From Callorhinchus milii (taxonomy: Eukaryota), in contig NW_024704742.1 in assembly GCF_018977255.1 (NCBI RefSeq), forward strand, positions 99,946,001-100,010,000: DNA of 64,000 nt, read 5' to 3'. Under the pieces are notes generated by a model, which saw only the letters and a program-made list of their open reading frames with translations, did not search any database and had not been told where the DNA came from. This document shows positions 62,372 through 64,000 of the stretch, in pieces. The translations under genes were made by a program, and so were the position numbers. Position 1 is the stretch's first letter, and every line of letters begins with the position of its first letter.

Positions 62372-63710
62372 AGCTCTGAAATGCTACATTAATAGTGTAA
62401 ATCTAGAAATAGGTACAATTTTACCCGATACACTCCTTAATCATCACTGGCTATCATTAAGGAAAAATGCAGTTAAAATGTATCCTTAAAACCTACCCTT
62501 TAAAAAAGCAATTCTAGTGGCTAGGAATGGAAAAACCCACTACACTTGCTGTATAAAAAAGTCACAATTCAAATCTAAAATGATTAGAGTATACTTTGAA
62601 ACTTGATATCTAAGACACTTAGATGCCAATTAAAAAAAAGTAGCTGCAACTTCCATAAGTGCCAGCTGTTCTTTGAATGGAATATTAATCTTTGTGTGTT
62701 TGCTGTTGATTCTTCCTATAACGTCTGGCCAAATCCGAAGTAGAATTAATGCACTTGTACTAAGCTTTCATCTCTGAAATTTTTACTGGAAAACCATTTG
62801 GACAGATTTCCAAGCAATTTTAGTGTGAAATAAACTAGTTTCCCAACCTCACTGTTAAATTCAGCAATTGCTTGAAAAAACAGCCAGAATGCGATGTGTT
62901 ACACTAAGATCATTTTTATGGACAAAATCAAAAATATAATTTTTTTCACAAGTAATAGACATTCCATTAACTCCAGAGGAAAATGAAATTTCATCCCTCC
63001 CAGACCATAACTATAGGCAATTTTATGCCGTGGTTTGTGTGGACACTTGGAATAGGATTGAAACTGTCAAAATGTGTTTCACTTACAATCCTTACAGTTC
63101 ACAGAAATAGGAGAGCTTCATTCTTTCAATCTGTCTTACATCCAAAACCCAAGAGGTGAAAAGACTGCTCCAACCCATTGGACCGTTCAATCTCTTAATT
63201 AACCATTTGACATTTTTTTTCCAAAACAGTTATTCTGCTTATTCAATTGGGTCAACGTACTGCAAACTTTATATTATGGTTCAGGTTTCTTGGCCTGTTG
63301 GGTAATGTTCCTTGGATACAATTTGCATGGTATTACTTTCATGCTGTATATTCTCAACGCTAGACTAATCTGTCTGATAGACTCTGTCCCCAGATATTCA
63401 CATAAAGCACTTGTTCTCCACAGCACTCTGGCAATATCACTAGAGATACAATAACCTGCCTTCACTTACTTTCTTCTATCCCTAACCATTATTGTTACAC
63501 TGCTCTGAAAAGCCACCAGGAGTTGAACAACATTGTTCAGACAATGTGAAGTGGTTCTGACTTTTTCCTCCTTTGGGAGGCTTTCCCTCAGTTCTCCTGC
63601 CCTGAAAGAGAGGACTCAGCAGCTCTAAACCCCATGTCACTGCCCCTACTGGCATCAAGTGATGATGTGCACTGGATGTCCATAAGGGCTGCTCACAATC
63701 CTTAGCAGTG

Positions 63711-64000
63711 TGGAGTCCAGCAGCATAGTGGTTAGCACGCTCGATCCCTGGGTGGGGCAAAATCTTAGGCAACTTTCCTTGCTTCACAAGCCTCTGCTTA
63801 CCTAGCAGTAAGTAAGAACTTGGTTGTTCCTATTTACTGCTAGTTGATTGGAAGATCACTTTCGGGGAGTAATAATCCCTCGAAAAAAAATTTGGTCACT
63901 CAATCCACAAATATTGTGACACTGCCACAATTAGCTGCTGCATTTCACCCACAAAATACAGTCAATTCACTTTACAATATATTCTGTGAAGCGCTTTGAG
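63711..64000 (+). mobile_element. long-form tRNA-SINE, runs off the window end
   Basis: TGGAGTCCAGCAGCATAGTGGTTAGC head, central GCCTCTGCTTACCTAGCAGTAAGTAAGAAC segment and the shared 3' part. Confidence 0.85.

Overview
Vertebrate, repeat-dense, AT-rich nuclear DNA, most likely a cartilaginous fish. The mix of L2, CR1, DeuSINE, a (TTA)n-tailed tRNA-SINE and a Penelope remnant looks holocephalan or shark-like; this is an inference, not a database match. Most of the window looks intronic or intergenic. It is made of retrotransposon fragments: L2 copies with (GTT)n tails, a 2.1-kb young CR1, several near-full-length tRNA-derived SINEs and many older DeuSINEs. It also holds fossil DNA transposons (a Tc1/mariner deletion derivative and PIF/Harbinger transposase remnants) and palindromic MITE-like repeats. 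The only convincing non-TE coding candidate is an uninterrupted 400-codon ORF at 2148-3350 (+). It encodes a Cys-free, ~26% Arg, mixed-charge protein built from a degenerate ~19-20 aa repeat, with Trp/Tyr concentrated at the N-terminus, and I do not recognise the gene. Other notable structures are a duplicated ~140-bp two-hairpin element, a short templated insertion copied from 0.5 kb away, a three-layer SINE/L2/CR1 nest with a TSD, and an L2 with a twin-priming-like inversion whose junction is duplicated. I found no rRNA, true tRNA or CRISPR array. Boundaries of old repeats are approximate.
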